Of a stretch of 64,000 nt of DNA, positions 63,389 to 64,000 are shown one piece after another; the first letter of the stretch is position 1, and each line of letters begins with the position of its first letter. The DNA comes from an uncultured delta proteobacterium (GTDB lineage: Bacteria > Myxococcota > UBA727 > VGSZ01). A program made the translations under genes and the position numbers. The stretch lies in assembly GCA_963775425.1 (NCBI GenBank), contig CAVZJB010000016.1:832001-896000 (forward strand), written 5' to 3'. A model generated the notes under the pieces. The model worked only from the letters and a program-made list of their open reading frames with translations. It had not been told where the DNA came from and did no database searches.

Positions 63389-63892
63389 ATGCGCTTCGTC
63401 GCCATTGCCGCCCTGTGCTGTTCGTTCGCCGCGCCCGCCTTCGCGCAGGCCCCGCCCGCCGCGGCGCCGCCGCCACCGCCGACGCCGGCCGCGCCCGCGG
63501 CCGCCGCCACCGAGGACGTCGAAGAGCCGAGCGTCGAGGAGCGCCGCCTCGTGGCGTACGTCGCCACCGGCGTCTCCGTCGCGAGCCTCATCTCCGGCGT
63601 CACCTTCGGCGTGCTCGCGCAGACCGAGTTCGACTGCGCCAAGGACGTCATCAACTGCAACAAGGGCCTGCAGAACAAGATCGTCGGCACCGAGCTGTTC
63701 GACATCCGCTCGGAGATCGAGCAGAAGGCGCTCGCCGCCGACATGTCGTATCTGTTCGCCATCGCCTCCGGCGTCGTCGCCACCGCCGGCTACCTCGCGG
63801 GCTTCGTGTTCGTCGACGAGGCCGATGCCACCGCCGCCCTCCCGCCGCCGCCCGCGGTCAGGCCGCTGCGGCTCGCCGAGGTGACCCGATGA
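63389..63892 (+). CDS. Exported/membrane hypothetical protein
   Basis: Signal peptide ..APAFA, Pro/Ala linker, two hydrophobic helices around a Cys pair. Confidence 0.75.
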   Translation: MRFVAIAALCCSFAAPAFAQAPPAAAPPPPPTPAAPAAAATEDVEEPSVEERRLVAYVATGVSVASLISGVTFGVLAQTEFDCAKDVINCNKGLQNKIVGTELFDIRSEIEQKALAADMSYLFAIASGVVATAGYLAGFVFVDEADATAALPPPPAVRPLRLAEVTR

Positions 63893-64000
63893 GCCGCCTC
63901 GTCCGCGTCGCCGCCGTCGCCGCCGCCGTCATCGCCGCCGCCGGCGGCTGCACCCTCCTGCTGCCCACCGACGAGCTCATCACGCCCTGCACCGTGCAGC
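63889..64000 (+). CDS. Lipoprotein, 3' truncated by window
   Basis: [21 protein letters not shown] lipobox; ATGA overlap. Confidence 0.7.
   Translation, partial: MSRLVRVAAVAAAVIAAAGGCTLLLPTDELITPCTVQ

Noticed and set aside
56622-63476. 2284-aa minus-strand ORF as a giant protein
   Set aside because: Antisense shadow of kinase, SDR, SLT and TPR genes in high-GC DNA; only the last 100 codons (BMC-H, own RBS and ATG at 56924) are real

Overview
Very GC-rich bacterial chromosomal window, most consistent with a Myxococcota/deltaproteobacterial lineage (inferred from a MYXO-CTERM-like tail, a Hanks-type kinase, a Haliangium-like microcompartment locus and many poly-Gly-Glu lipoproteins). Housekeeping genes (purH, gdhA, tatBC, miaB, tig with tRNA-Leu(TAG), clpP, ppa, rlmM-like) are interleaved with accessory loci. 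No integrase, transposase, phage gene or CRISPR array was found. Most interesting: (1) a coupled operon ferredoxin-VTC polyphosphate polymerase-DUF4956-HlyD-TolC with no ABC/RND pump, a candidate polyphosphate synthesis/export machine; (2) a 42.7-50.4 kb cassette of divergent enzymes (dikinase with His-domain-before-ATP-grasp order, catalase-related heme protein, GMC oxidoreductase) in which the last two are each followed by one of two paralogous small helical proteins; (3) a Haliangium-type BMC locus interrupted by three extra genes; (4) a fused double Ddl-like ATP-grasp next to a DmpA peptidase; (5) a GTAG-type REP family that repeatedly supplies stop codons. Two frameshifts near 54.6-54.7 kb may be assembly errors. 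All product calls come from motif recognition by eye, not database searches. Many starts were moved from the ORF track to more plausible downstream codons.
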